Positions 17,159 through 25,858 of a DNA stretch of 64,000 nucleotides are shown here, in pieces. The position numbers were made by a program, and so were the translations under genes. The DNA is taken from NCBI GenBank assembly GCA_036505175.1, contig DASXTV010000044.1:1357-65356 (forward strand), written 5' to 3'. Under the pieces are notes generated by a model. That model searched no databases and was not told where the DNA came from. It saw nothing but the letters and a program-made list of their open reading frames with translations. Source of the DNA: Gemmatimonadales bacterium (GTDB lineage: Bacteria > Gemmatimonadota > Gemmatimonadetes > Gemmatimonadales > GWC2-71-9). Each line of letters starts with the position of its first letter. Position 1 is the first letter of the stretch.

Positions 17159-18730
17159 ATGACAATGAGCCGAAGCACGCGCACCCCAGTCGTCCTCGTC
17201 GTGCTCGACGGATGGGGCTTCCGGCCGGGCCGTGAGGGTAACGCGATCGAGCTGGGCCGCACACCGGTGTGGCACAAGCTGTGGGAGCGCGCGTCGCGCA
17301 CGCTGCTCGAGGCGTCCGGCCTCCCGGTTGGCCTTCCCGACGGACAGATCGGGAATAGCGAGGTGGGTCACCTGAACCTCGGAGCGGGTCGCGTCGTGCC
17401 GCAGGACATCGTCCGCATTTCACAGTCCATCGAGTCTGGCGAGTTCTTCCGTATTCCGGCGTTGCTGCGGCTGGTCGAGGATACACGTCGGCACGACGGC
17501 ACGTTGCACGTGATGGGATTGATTGGAACCGGTGGCGTCCACGCGCTCGATAAGCATCTCTTTGCGGCTATCGAGCTCGCCAGGCGCCACGAGGTGCCGG
17601 TTGCCATCCACGCTTGGCTTGATGGACGTGATACGCCGCCGAAATCCGGCCTGGCCTTTATGGAGCAGCTGTTGCAGACCGTCCGACCGTCCGCCCGTCC
17701 GACCGTCAGCACCGTCATCGGTCGTTACTACGCGATGGATCGCGACAAACGGTGGGAGCGCACCAAACTCGCCTACGAGGCGATGGTGAAAGGCGTGGGA
17801 GTGCAGGCCTCCGATCCCATCACCGCGATCAAGCAGGCCTACACCGCGGGCGAGACCGACGAGTTCGTCAAACCGCGCGTCATCAGCGGTGCACGTTTGA
17901 TCAAGAACGGCGACGGCATCTTCTGTTTCAACTACCGCGCCGACCGCATGCGCCAGATCGTGCGCGCGCTCGCCGGCGAAGGGTTCGACGGCTTCGACGT
18001 CACAGGCCGGCCAGCGGTGCGGCTCGTGACCATGACGCGCTATGACGAGACACTGCCCTTCCCCGCTGCGTTCGAGCCGATGGTGCTGTCTCGCATCGTG
18101 GCCGAAGTGCTCTCGGACCACGGCAAGACGATGTTTCGCACCGCCGAGACGGAGAAGTACGCGCACGTCACGTATTTTTTTAACGGCGGCTATGAGCCGC
18201 CCTACAAAGGCGAGGAGCGTTTGCTCGTGCCGTCGCAGAAGGTGGCGACCTACGATTTGATGCCGGAAATGAGCGCGCCCGGTGTGACCGACGTGTTGTG
18301 CAAGGCGATTGCCGACACGGAGCACGATTTTATTCTGTGCAACTACGCCAATGGTGACATGGTCGGGCATTCGGGAGTCCTCGCGGCCGCGATCAAGGCG
18401 GTCGAGACCGTCGACACCTGTCTCGCGCGCGTCCTGACCGCGGCCGATACGGCCGGTGCGACGGTTCTCGTGACTGCGGATCACGGCAACTGCGAGCTGA
18501 TGATCGATCCCGCCACCGGCGGCCCGCACACGGCTCACACCACGAACCCCGTCCCCTTCGTGATCGTGGGTCCAGGGGCCGGAGCCACGCACCTGCGTGA
18601 CGGTGGCTCGCTTCGGGACGTCGGGCCTACGATCTTACGTCTGCTCGACATCGAGCCACCGAAGGAAATGACGGGGCGGGATTTGAGGGACACCACGATG
18701 GAACGAGAGAAGGATGGAAAGAGGGAATGA
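17159..18730 (+). CDS. gpmI: 2,3-bisphosphoglycerate-independent phosphoglycerate mutase
   Basis: VVLVVLDGWG, NSEVGHLNLGAGR, TADHGNCE motifs. 523 aa. Confidence 0.95.
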   Translation: MTMSRSTRTPVVLVVLDGWGFRPGREGNAIELGRTPVWHKLWERASRTLLEASGLPVGLPDGQIGNSEVGHLNLGAGRVVPQDIVRISQSIESGEFFRIPALLRLVEDTRRHDGTLHVMGLIGTGGVHALDKHLFAAIELARRHEVPVAIHAWLDGRDTPPKSGLAFMEQLLQTVRPSARPTVSTVIGRYYAMDRDKRWERTKLAYEAMVKGVGVQASDPITAIKQAYTAGETDEFVKPRVISGARLIKNGDGIFCFNYRADRMRQIVRALAGEGFDGFDVTGRPAVRLVTMTRYDETLPFPAAFEPMVLSRIVAEVLSDHGKTMFRTAETEKYAHVTYFFNGGYEPPYKGEERLLVPSQKVATYDLMPEMSAPGVTDVLCKAIADTEHDFILCNYANGDMVGHSGVLAAAIKAVETVDTCLARVLTAADTAGATVLVTADHGNCELMIDPATGGPHTAHTTNPVPFVIVGPGAGATHLRDGGSLRDVGPTILRLLDIEPPKEMTGRDLRDTTMEREKDGKRE

Positions 18731-19440
18731 GAACCACGACTCGAGCCGCGCTGCTCATTTCACTTTCCATCATTCCAACATTCCGCGCGAGCGCGCAGGT
18801 CGGCCACGATCCTGGCTCCTCACCCTACCGCGACATCCTGCTGCACTCGGGACCGATATTCTTCGTCGGCCACCTTGGCGCGGATCGTGGAACGGCGGGC
18901 GCCGGCACGAGCAACGCCACGACGTTCGGTGCGCGCTACGAAATCCCCGCCGGCCGATCGCTGCAGTTCCAATTCACCGGCGCCTACCTCCACGGCGATC
19001 GCTTCATCATCAATCCACGGGCCGATTCGTCGTCCCCCGCTCGCCGCACCGGTCCGTTCGAGTCCGATCTCGCCGTGGTCGACGTCGGCATGCAGCTGCG
19101 GCTCACCGGCGGAAAAACGTGGCGTGGGTTCGCTCCCTACGTGGGGACCGGACTCGGGATCATGTTCGACGTGAAGTCGCCGGGGGACACGACGGGGAGC
19201 GGCTACCGGTTCGGCACCAAGCTGACACTCGCGTTTGCATCCGGCGTACGCTGGTATCCCGCGCGTCGCGTGATGATCACCGGCGACCTGCGCGCGCAGC
19301 TGTGGCGTCTGAAGTATCCCCTCTCCTTCCATGATTCGACGCAGGCGTCGGACGGGTCGCGCGTGCTTCCCCTCACCCAGCCCCTCAACGACTGGACGCT
19401 GCATCCCTGGATCAGTCTCGGCATTGGATGGACTTTCTAG
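18727..19440 (+). CDS. Small outer-membrane beta-barrel-like protein (hypothetical)
   Basis: Signal peptide ...RASAQ. Alternating-hydrophobic strands. C-terminus SLGIGWTF has a terminal Phe. ATGA overlap with gpmI and a 13-nt overlap with the ABC permease. Confidence 0.6.
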   Translation: MRTTTRAALLISLSIIPTFRASAQVGHDPGSSPYRDILLHSGPIFFVGHLGADRGTAGAGTSNATTFGARYEIPAGRSLQFQFTGAYLHGDRFIINPRADSSSPARRTGPFESDLAVVDVGMQLRLTGGKTWRGFAPYVGTGLGIMFDVKSPGDTTGSGYRFGTKLTLAFASGVRWYPARRVMITGDLRAQLWRLKYPLSFHDSTQASDGSRVLPLTQPLNDWTLHPWISLGIGWTF

Positions 19441-20123
19441 CCGAGGGCTTGCGGCGGGCGTGGGGGCTACTCGTTGCGGGTGATTCCGAGGTTTACGGGA
19501 TCGCCCTCCTCACGCTCAAAGTTGCGGTCGTGGCCACCACCATCTCCTGTGCCGCGGGGTTGCCGCTGGGTTACTTCCTGGCAACGCGGCGCTTCTGGGG
19601 GCGACGCGCAGCGCTGACGATGGTCAACACCGCGCTCGCCTTCCCGACCGTCGTCGTCGGCCTGCTGCTGTACGGCTTGCTCTCCCGGCGCGGGCCCCTC
19701 GGCGGCGTCGGCTGGCTCTACACGTGGCAGGCGATCGTCGTCGGCGACGTGCTGCTCGCGTTGCCGATCGCCGCGGCGCTGTCGGCCGCCGCAATCCAGG
19801 GCGTCGATCCGCGCATCCGCCGGACCGCCGAGACGTTGGGAGCCGGTTCGGTGCGTACCGCTTGGACTGTTGCCCGCGAGGCGCGGTTCGCGCTCGCCGC
19901 CGTGATTACCGCGGCGTTCGGCCAGGTGGTCGCCGAAATCGGCGCAGCGATGATCGTCGGCGGCAACATCCGCGGCTCGACGCGCACGCTGACCACCGCC
20001 GTCGCGCTCTACACGGCGCAGGGCGACTTCGGTCTGGCGCTCGCGCTGGGCCTGGTCCTGGTGGTGTTGGCGCTCGTCGTCAACATCGCGTTGCAGGTGC
20101 TCCAGGGACGTGGTAATGCTTGA
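19428..20123 (+). CDS. ABC transporter permease, tungstate/molybdate (TupB-like) type
   Basis: 231 aa with about 5-6 TM segments. An EAA-like loop (IDPRIRRTAETLGAGSVRTAW) is typical of small oxyanion permeases. The subfamily call is from memory. Confidence 0.8.
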   Translation: MDFLAEGLRRAWGLLVAGDSEVYGIALLTLKVAVVATTISCAAGLPLGYFLATRRFWGRRAALTMVNTALAFPTVVVGLLLYGLLSRRGPLGGVGWLYTWQAIVVGDVLLALPIAAALSAAAIQGVDPRIRRTAETLGAGSVRTAWTVAREARFALAAVITAAFGQVVAEIGAAMIVGGNIRGSTRTLTTAVALYTAQGDFGLALALGLVLVVLALVVNIALQVLQGRGNA

Positions 20124-21117
20124 GCTGCGCGGCGTGCAGCACCGCTATGAAGGGCGCGTCGTGCTCGATCTCGAGCGGTTCATCGTGCCCCGCACGGCGG
20201 CGGTGGCGGTGGTGGGACACAACGGCGCCGGGAAGAGCACGCTGCTGCGCCTGCTCGCACTCCTCGAGGCTCCGACGGAAGGGCAGGTCCTGTTGAACGG
20301 CACGCCCGTCCCGCGCCGCGCGCCCGCGTCGCTGCGCCGGCGCGTGACGCTCGTGGAACAGCGGCCGGTGCTGTTCCGTGGAACCGTGCGCGACAATCTG
20401 GCCTACGGCCTGGAGTTAAGGGGAATTGCCCGCACCGCGATGCACGGGATAATCGGGGATGTCGTCGAGCGCCTGGGACTGGCGCCGCTGCTCTCCCGGC
20501 ACCGCCATGAGCTGTCCGACGGAGAAGTCCAGCGCGTCGCGGTCGCGCGCGCGCTGGCGCTGCGGACCGACGTCCTGCTGCTCGACGAGCCGGCCAGCTC
20601 AGCCGACCGCGCCGCCGCAGGCGCGCTGTATCGCGCCCTCGCGGTGGAGCGCGCCGCGCGGCCCTTCGCCGTCTGCATCGCATCGCACCAGCTCGAGGAT
20701 GCCTACCGCTGGGCCGACGACATCCGCGCGCTCGCGGACGGCCGCCTGTCGCCCGTCACGCCGGAGAACCTGTTTCGCGTCGACCTTCCCGCCGGCGACG
20801 GCGTGAAGCATGTGCGCGTCGGGAACATCGAGATCGTGGTCATGACCGATCGCGCCGGGCCGGTGGTCGTTGCGGTCTCGCCGACCGACATCTTCGTGAG
20901 CCGCGAGCCGCTCCCATCCTCCGCGCGCAACGTGTTCAAGGGTCGAGTGACCGGCATGGCGATCGAGCACCGCGGTGCCGGCGTGCACGTGCGGGCCGAT
21001 ATGGGCGGCGTCGAGCTGGTCGCGGCGGTGACCGCGGACGCCGTACGGGATTTGGCGCTCACTCCCGGCGCCGCGGTCGTGTTCTCTTTCAAGGCCACGG
21101 CCGTCCAGGTATTCTAA
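20110..21117 (+). CDS. ABC transporter ATP-binding protein with C-terminal TOBE/Mop domain
   Basis: Walker A GHNGAGKST, signature LSDGEVQRVAVARAL, Walker B LLLDEP. The C-terminal SARNVFKGRVTG...FSFKATAVQV is a TOBE oxyanion-binding fold. Alternative ATG at 20116. Confidence 0.9.
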   Translation: MVMLELRGVQHRYEGRVVLDLERFIVPRTAAVAVVGHNGAGKSTLLRLLALLEAPTEGQVLLNGTPVPRRAPASLRRRVTLVEQRPVLFRGTVRDNLAYGLELRGIARTAMHGIIGDVVERLGLAPLLSRHRHELSDGEVQRVAVARALALRTDVLLLDEPASSADRAAAGALYRALAVERAARPFAVCIASHQLEDAYRWADDIRALADGRLSPVTPENLFRVDLPAGDGVKHVRVGNIEIVVMTDRAGPVVVAVSPTDIFVSREPLPSSARNVFKGRVTGMAIEHRGAGVHVRADMGGVELVAAVTADAVRDLALTPGAAVVFSFKATAVQVF

Positions 21118-21120
21118 GGA

Positions 21121-21516
21121 ATGCCGACAGGGTACCTGACGAGGATCGTCGAGTTCACCGCGACGCACCGGTTTCCCCCGACCCCAGAGTTTGCCGGGGC
21201 CACGAGCGACCACAGCCATCGGTATCGCTGTGCCGTGACCGTGAAGGGTGTGTTCGATCCGGCGCGTGGCGGTGTGATGAGCCTCCCCGTACTCAAGTCC
21301 CTGCTGCAGCGCGAAGTCGTGGGCCGTTTCGACGGACACCATATCAATGAGGACATCGCGCCATTCGCCGACGGCACGTGGGTCGCGACGGGTGAGGCGC
21401 TCGCCCTGCATGTGTGGGAGCGGATTGCCGGTGCTTTGCCTGCGGGCGTGGGCCTGCACTGCGTACGCATTGAGGAGAGTCCCAATCACTACTCCGAATA
21501 CCGCGGCGAACCGTAA
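21121..21516 (+). CDS. 6-pyruvoyl-tetrahydropterin synthase / QueD-family protein (atypical active site)
   Basis: The THRF...DHSHRY...DGHHINED pattern aligns with QueD AHRL...LHGHSF...DHHYLND. The Cys of the CxxxHGH motif is Ala here. Confidence 0.8.
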   Translation: MPTGYLTRIVEFTATHRFPPTPEFAGATSDHSHRYRCAVTVKGVFDPARGGVMSLPVLKSLLQREVVGRFDGHHINEDIAPFADGTWVATGEALALHVWERIAGALPAGVGLHCVRIEESPNHYSEYRGEP

Positions 21517-21541
21517 GCAACCTGGCGACCGCGCCGGCCGC

Positions 21542-22258
21542 ATGCGGGCCGATTCCGCGGTGGTCGAGGAGTGGCCCGTCTGGCTCGAGGTGAACGGCGA
21601 GCCCGCCGTCACCTGGATGTGCACCCCCGATCAGCTCGAAGAGCTGGCCGTGGGATGGCTCCACGGCGAGGGCTACATCGCCTCGCTCGACGATCTCGTG
21701 CAGCTGCGGCCCTGCGCGCCCGATCTCGGATTTTGGGCCGACGTGAAGCCGGAGCGGCTCGCGCAGGTGAAAGGTGAACGTCGCAAGCCGGTGCTCGCCT
21801 CGGGATGCGGCGCGGTCGCGACGATGCTGGCGGATCCCGAGGCGATGGCGCGCGCCGCGCCGCTCCGCGGCGACCCGCCAGCAGCCGAAACGTTGCGCGG
21901 CCTGTTCAAACAATTGTTTGCGGCCGGCGCGCGCTACCACGAGACGGGCGGCATTCACGCCGCGGCGCTCACCGACGGAACGACGCTGCTCTTTCATGCC
22001 GAAGACATCGGCCGCCACAACGCCGTGGACAAAGTGATCGGCGCGGCGGTGCTCGCGCGCACGCCGATCGCCGGCCGCGGCCTGCTCGTGACCGGTCGAA
22101 TCTCCGCCGAGCTCGCTTTCAAGGCGGCGCGGGCGGGGCTGTCCTGGGTTGCGACGCCGAGCGTGCCGTCCACGCTCGCGGTGACAATCGCCGACCGCTC
22201 CGGGATGGTGCTCGTCGGTCGCGCGCTCAGCGGCACACCGCACGTGCACAAGCGCTAG
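21542..22258 (+). CDS. fdhD: Formate dehydrogenase accessory sulfurtransferase FdhD
   Basis: GGIHAAAL, GRHNAVDKVIG, SGRISAELAFKAARAG motifs. Internal ATG at 21542 chosen, because the track start overlaps the previous gene. Confidence 0.85.
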   Translation: MRADSAVVEEWPVWLEVNGEPAVTWMCTPDQLEELAVGWLHGEGYIASLDDLVQLRPCAPDLGFWADVKPERLAQVKGERRKPVLASGCGAVATMLADPEAMARAAPLRGDPPAAETLRGLFKQLFAAGARYHETGGIHAAALTDGTTLLFHAEDIGRHNAVDKVIGAAVLARTPIAGRGLLVTGRISAELAFKAARAGLSWVATPSVPSTLAVTIADRSGMVLVGRALSGTPHVHKR

Positions 22259-22262
22259 GCGC

Positions 22263-22679
22263 ATGACGCCTTCCGATGCACACGAACTCCGCGCCCTGCT
22301 GCGGCGGGTGCGCACCATCGCGGTCGTGGGATTGTCTCCTAACCCGATGCGGCCCAGCAATTCCGTCGCGCGTTACCTCCAGCGATCCGGGTATCGCATC
22401 GTCCCCGTGAATCCGGGGCACAACGAGATCCTCGGCGAGAAGAGCTATCGGACGCTCGGCGACGCCGCGCGCGATCACACCATCGATGTGGTGAACGTGT
22501 TTCGGCGCAGCGAGCACGCCGGAGCGGTCGTGGATGAAGCGATTCCGCTCCGGCCGCAGCTGATCTGGCTGCAGCAGGGCGTGGTGGATGCGGCGGCGCA
22601 ATCTCGCGCAGCCGCTGCCGGCATTCCGTTCGTCATGGACCTTTGTCTCGCCGTCGAACACCGTCACCTCGAGGTCTGA
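22263..22679 (+). CDS. CoA-binding domain protein (YccU/YneT-like)
   Basis: RTIAVVGLSPNPMRPSNSVARYLQRSGYRIVPVNP...VDVVNVFRR pattern. Confidence 0.8.
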   Translation: MTPSDAHELRALLRRVRTIAVVGLSPNPMRPSNSVARYLQRSGYRIVPVNPGHNEILGEKSYRTLGDAARDHTIDVVNVFRRSEHAGAVVDEAIPLRPQLIWLQQGVVDAAAQSRAAAAGIPFVMDLCLAVEHRHLEV

Positions 22680-23284
22680 TGCGAGGAGCAGTCCTGGCGG
22701 GCGGTGCCGCCAGCCGCTACGGCGGACGCCCCAAAGGACTCCTCGAAGTCGGTGGCCGCCGCATCCTCGATCGGATCATCGACGTCGTGACGAGCGTGAC
22801 GCGTGCCGCTCCACTCCTCATTGCGAACGCGCCGGATGCCGCGACGTGGCGTCCCGACCTCCAGACCACTCCTGACGCACGCCCCGGGCTCGGCAGCCTC
22901 GGCGGCATCTACACGGCGGTGACAGCGGGAACGGATCCTGTGCTGTGCGTCGCCTGGGATATGCCGTTCGTCCCTGAGGCACTCCTGAGGGCGCTGATCG
23001 ACGGCGCCACGGCGGGCCGGTTCGACGCGTTTCTTCCGGAGAGCTCCGGCCGGCGCGGACTGGAGCCGCTGTGCGCGGTGTACGGCCCGGCGTGTGGCCC
23101 AGCGATCGCGCGCCGGCTCGAAACCGGCGATTTGAAAGCCATCTCCTTCCATGCCGAGGTCAGCGTCGGTATCCTCTCCCTCGCCCAGGTCAGGGGATTC
23201 GGCGATCCCGCCGAGCTGTTCTTCAACGTGAACACGCCCGAGGATCTCGAGCGGGCGGAGGTGCTGTGGCAGCGACGCGCATGA
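22679..23284 (+). CDS. mobA: Molybdenum cofactor guanylyltransferase
   Basis: MRGAVLAGGAASRYGGRPKGLLEVGG N-terminus. The ATG shares one nt with the preceding TGA. Confidence 0.85.
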   Translation: MRGAVLAGGAASRYGGRPKGLLEVGGRRILDRIIDVVTSVTRAAPLLIANAPDAATWRPDLQTTPDARPGLGSLGGIYTAVTAGTDPVLCVAWDMPFVPEALLRALIDGATAGRFDAFLPESSGRRGLEPLCAVYGPACGPAIARRLETGDLKAISFHAEVSVGILSLAQVRGFGDPAELFFNVNTPEDLERAEVLWQRRA

Positions 23285-23799
23285 TCTCCATCATTGGCCT
23301 CAAGAACGCGGGCAAGACGACGTTTCTCGTCGCGCTCGCGGCGGAGCTCGTGCGCCGCAAGTTCCGCGTGATGACGATCAAGCATGGCTCGCACCCCGCC
23401 GACATGGATCAACGGGGCAAGGATACCTGGCGGCACTGGCACGAGGGGAACGTCGAACGGGTGCTCATGGAATCGCCGGGACAACGCGTGCTGTTCGAGC
23501 GCACCGACACGGAATCCGATCCCATCACCCTCGCACGGCGCTACCTCGGCGACGCGGACATCGTGCTCGTCGAGGGGTTCAAGCGCGCGCCGCTGCCCAA
23601 GATCGAGGTGTATCGCCCGGTCGCCGGACCGAAGCCGCTGTTCGACGCCGCGATTCACGATCCCACCGATTGGGTGGCGATGGTCACCGACGACCGCACG
23701 CTGCGCGCCCCGTTCCCGGTCTTTCGATTCAGCGACACCGCGTGGCTCGTCACGATTGCCAATCTCGCGTGGGATCGCGCGAAGATCCTCCCACCATGA
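23281..23799 (+). CDS. mobB: Molybdopterin-guanine dinucleotide biosynthesis adaptor MobB
   Basis: MISIIGLKNAGKTTF P-loop, VLVEGFK motif. ATGA overlaps on both sides. Confidence 0.85.
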   Translation: MISIIGLKNAGKTTFLVALAAELVRRKFRVMTIKHGSHPADMDQRGKDTWRHWHEGNVERVLMESPGQRVLFERTDTESDPITLARRYLGDADIVLVEGFKRAPLPKIEVYRPVAGPKPLFDAAIHDPTDWVAMVTDDRTLRAPFPVFRFSDTAWLVTIANLAWDRAKILPP

Positions 23800-25022
23800 C
23801 CCCCGCTGAAGCCGCGAAGGTCATCCTCGAGCATTGCCGGCCGCTTCCGGCGGCGCCCCGGCCGTTGCGCGATGCGCTCGACGCCGTCCTCGCCGAGGAC
23901 GTGACGAGTCCCATCGACCTACCGCCGTGGGACAATTCCGCGATGGATGGCTACGCGGTGCGGAGTGCGGATCTCGCGGCGTCGGAAACCGATCTCGAGG
24001 TAATCGAGACGATTCCCGCCGGACAGTTTCCGCACAAGACCGTAGGCAAGGCGCAGGCGACGCGCATCTTCACCGGCGCGCCCGTGCCACCAGGCGCCGA
24101 TACGGTGATCCGCCAGGAAGACACCGCGCAGCCGTCCAACGGCCGAGTCACGATCCGCAATACGCGCGACGCGAAGAAAAACATCCGGCGCAAGGGCGAG
24201 GACATTCGCCAAGGCGCCGTCGTGCTCCCCGCCGGCACGGCGCTCGGTCCGGCGCAGCTCGGCGTGCTGGCATCGATCGCCTACGATGCTCCCGTGGTGC
24301 ACCAACGGGCGCGGGTCGCGTTCATGGGGTCGGGCGACGAGATCGTGGAGCTGGAGCAGCGCGAAGCGATTCTCGCGGGAACCAAGATCGCGAGCTCGAA
24401 CTCCTACACGCTCGACGCATTGATTCGCCGCTCCGCCGCCGAACCGGTCAACCTTGGGATCGCGCGCGATAGTAAGGAAAGCCTGCGTGAGCACCTGCGC
24501 GGTGCGGCCGGGGCAAGGGCCGATCTACTGGTCACGACCGCCGGCGTGAGCGTGGGCGAGCACGACCTCGTGCGCGAGGTGCTGCAGGAACTGGGGGGAG
24601 AGTTGAAGCTGTGGCGCGTCGGCATGCGCCCCGGTGCGCCGGTCGGCTTCGGTTTGTTGCGTGGAATCCCGTGGATCGGCTTGCCGGGAAACCCGGTGAG
24701 CACCATGGTGACGTTCGAGCTGTTCGTGCGACCGGCGATCCGGCGTCTGCAGGGACATGCGCTGCCGTTTCGCCGAACGGTTCCGGTCACCGTCGGGGAG
24801 CCGATCACGCTCGGTCCCAAGTTGCGACACTACCTGCGCGCCATAGTAGAAGAAGGGGAAGCGCGTTTGACAGGGCCGCAGGGCTCTGGCATTCTCACCA
24901 GTATGGCGCGCGCGAACGCCCTGCTCATCGTACCGGCTGACATGCCTGCGGTCCCTGCGGGCACCACGCTGCAGGCGCTGATCCTCGACGATCCGCAGCA
25001 CGTCGCGGAACCACCCTACTGA
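23796..25022 (+). CDS. moeA: Molybdopterin molybdotransferase MoeA
   Basis: PPWDNSAMDGYAV, RIFTGAPVP, TTAGVSVGEHD, PGNPVS motifs. Confidence 0.9.
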   Translation: MTPAEAAKVILEHCRPLPAAPRPLRDALDAVLAEDVTSPIDLPPWDNSAMDGYAVRSADLAASETDLEVIETIPAGQFPHKTVGKAQATRIFTGAPVPPGADTVIRQEDTAQPSNGRVTIRNTRDAKKNIRRKGEDIRQGAVVLPAGTALGPAQLGVLASIAYDAPVVHQRARVAFMGSGDEIVELEQREAILAGTKIASSNSYTLDALIRRSAAEPVNLGIARDSKESLREHLRGAAGARADLLVTTAGVSVGEHDLVREVLQELGGELKLWRVGMRPGAPVGFGLLRGIPWIGLPGNPVSTMVTFELFVRPAIRRLQGHALPFRRTVPVTVGEPITLGPKLRHYLRAIVEEGEARLTGPQGSGILTSMARANALLIVPADMPAVPAGTTLQALILDDPQHVAEPPY

Positions 25023-25023
25023 T

Positions 25024-25857
25024 ATGGTTGTCCTCAGCTCACCCGCCGTACGCCGGGCACTGCGGCTCACGGGCTACATCATCCTGTGCCTGGTCGTGTA
25101 CTGGGCCAACGCCGTAACCCCGCCGAGTGCGAGGCTCGGAGTCCTCTATATCATCCCTGTGCTGCTCGTGACGTGGAGTGAGGGTTTGATATGGGGAATC
25201 GTGTTCGCGGTGGCGACCACCGGATATCGTGAGGCCATCGCGTGGGTCCAGATGCCGGCGGACACGCCGTTGGTGTGGCGCCTGGCCAACGCGGGCGCGT
25301 ATGTGGCCGTGTTGGGGGTCGCGATGGCGGGGCTCCAGACCTTGCGACGCAGCCAGGCGCAGATGGCGCGCCTGGTCATTCAGGATCAACTCACGAATGT
25401 GTTGAATGCGCGCGCGTTCGTCGACCGGCTCGCCCAGGAGCTGGACCGCAATCGCCGCTATCCGCGCCCGTTGGCCCTGCTGTACATGGATCTCGACAAC
25501 TTCAAAGTCGTCAACGACACCCATGGACATCAGACCGGTGACGCCGTGCTGCGGCTCGTCGCCGACGCGATGCGCTCCTCGGTGCGCCAGGCCGACGTCG
25601 TCGGGCGACTGGGCGGCGACGAGTTCGCGGTGCTGATGCCGGAGACCGATGCGCAGCTGGCAGACGCCGCCGCCAAGCGGCTGATCGTGGGACTGCGCAA
25701 TGTGTTCAAGGGAACGCCGAACGTGACGGCCAGTATCGGCGTCGTGTCCTGCACGGCAACAGACGCGAGTACTGACGACCTTTTGCGACGGGCGGATCAG
25801 GCGATGTACGACGCAAAGAAGTCGGGGAAGGATCGGGTGGTGCAGGTAGCCATATAG
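25024..25857 (+). CDS. Membrane-anchored GGDEF diguanylate cyclase
   Basis: About 4 N-terminal TM segments, then a GGDEF domain (RLGGDEFAVLM) with an RxxD I-site (RQAD). Starts 1 nt after the moeA stop. Confidence 0.85.
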   Translation: MVVLSSPAVRRALRLTGYIILCLVVYWANAVTPPSARLGVLYIIPVLLVTWSEGLIWGIVFAVATTGYREAIAWVQMPADTPLVWRLANAGAYVAVLGVAMAGLQTLRRSQAQMARLVIQDQLTNVLNARAFVDRLAQELDRNRRYPRPLALLYMDLDNFKVVNDTHGHQTGDAVLRLVADAMRSSVRQADVVGRLGGDEFAVLMPETDAQLADAAAKRLIVGLRNVFKGTPNVTASIGVVSCTATDASTDDLLRRADQAMYDAKKSGKDRVVQVAI

Positions 25858-25858
25858 C

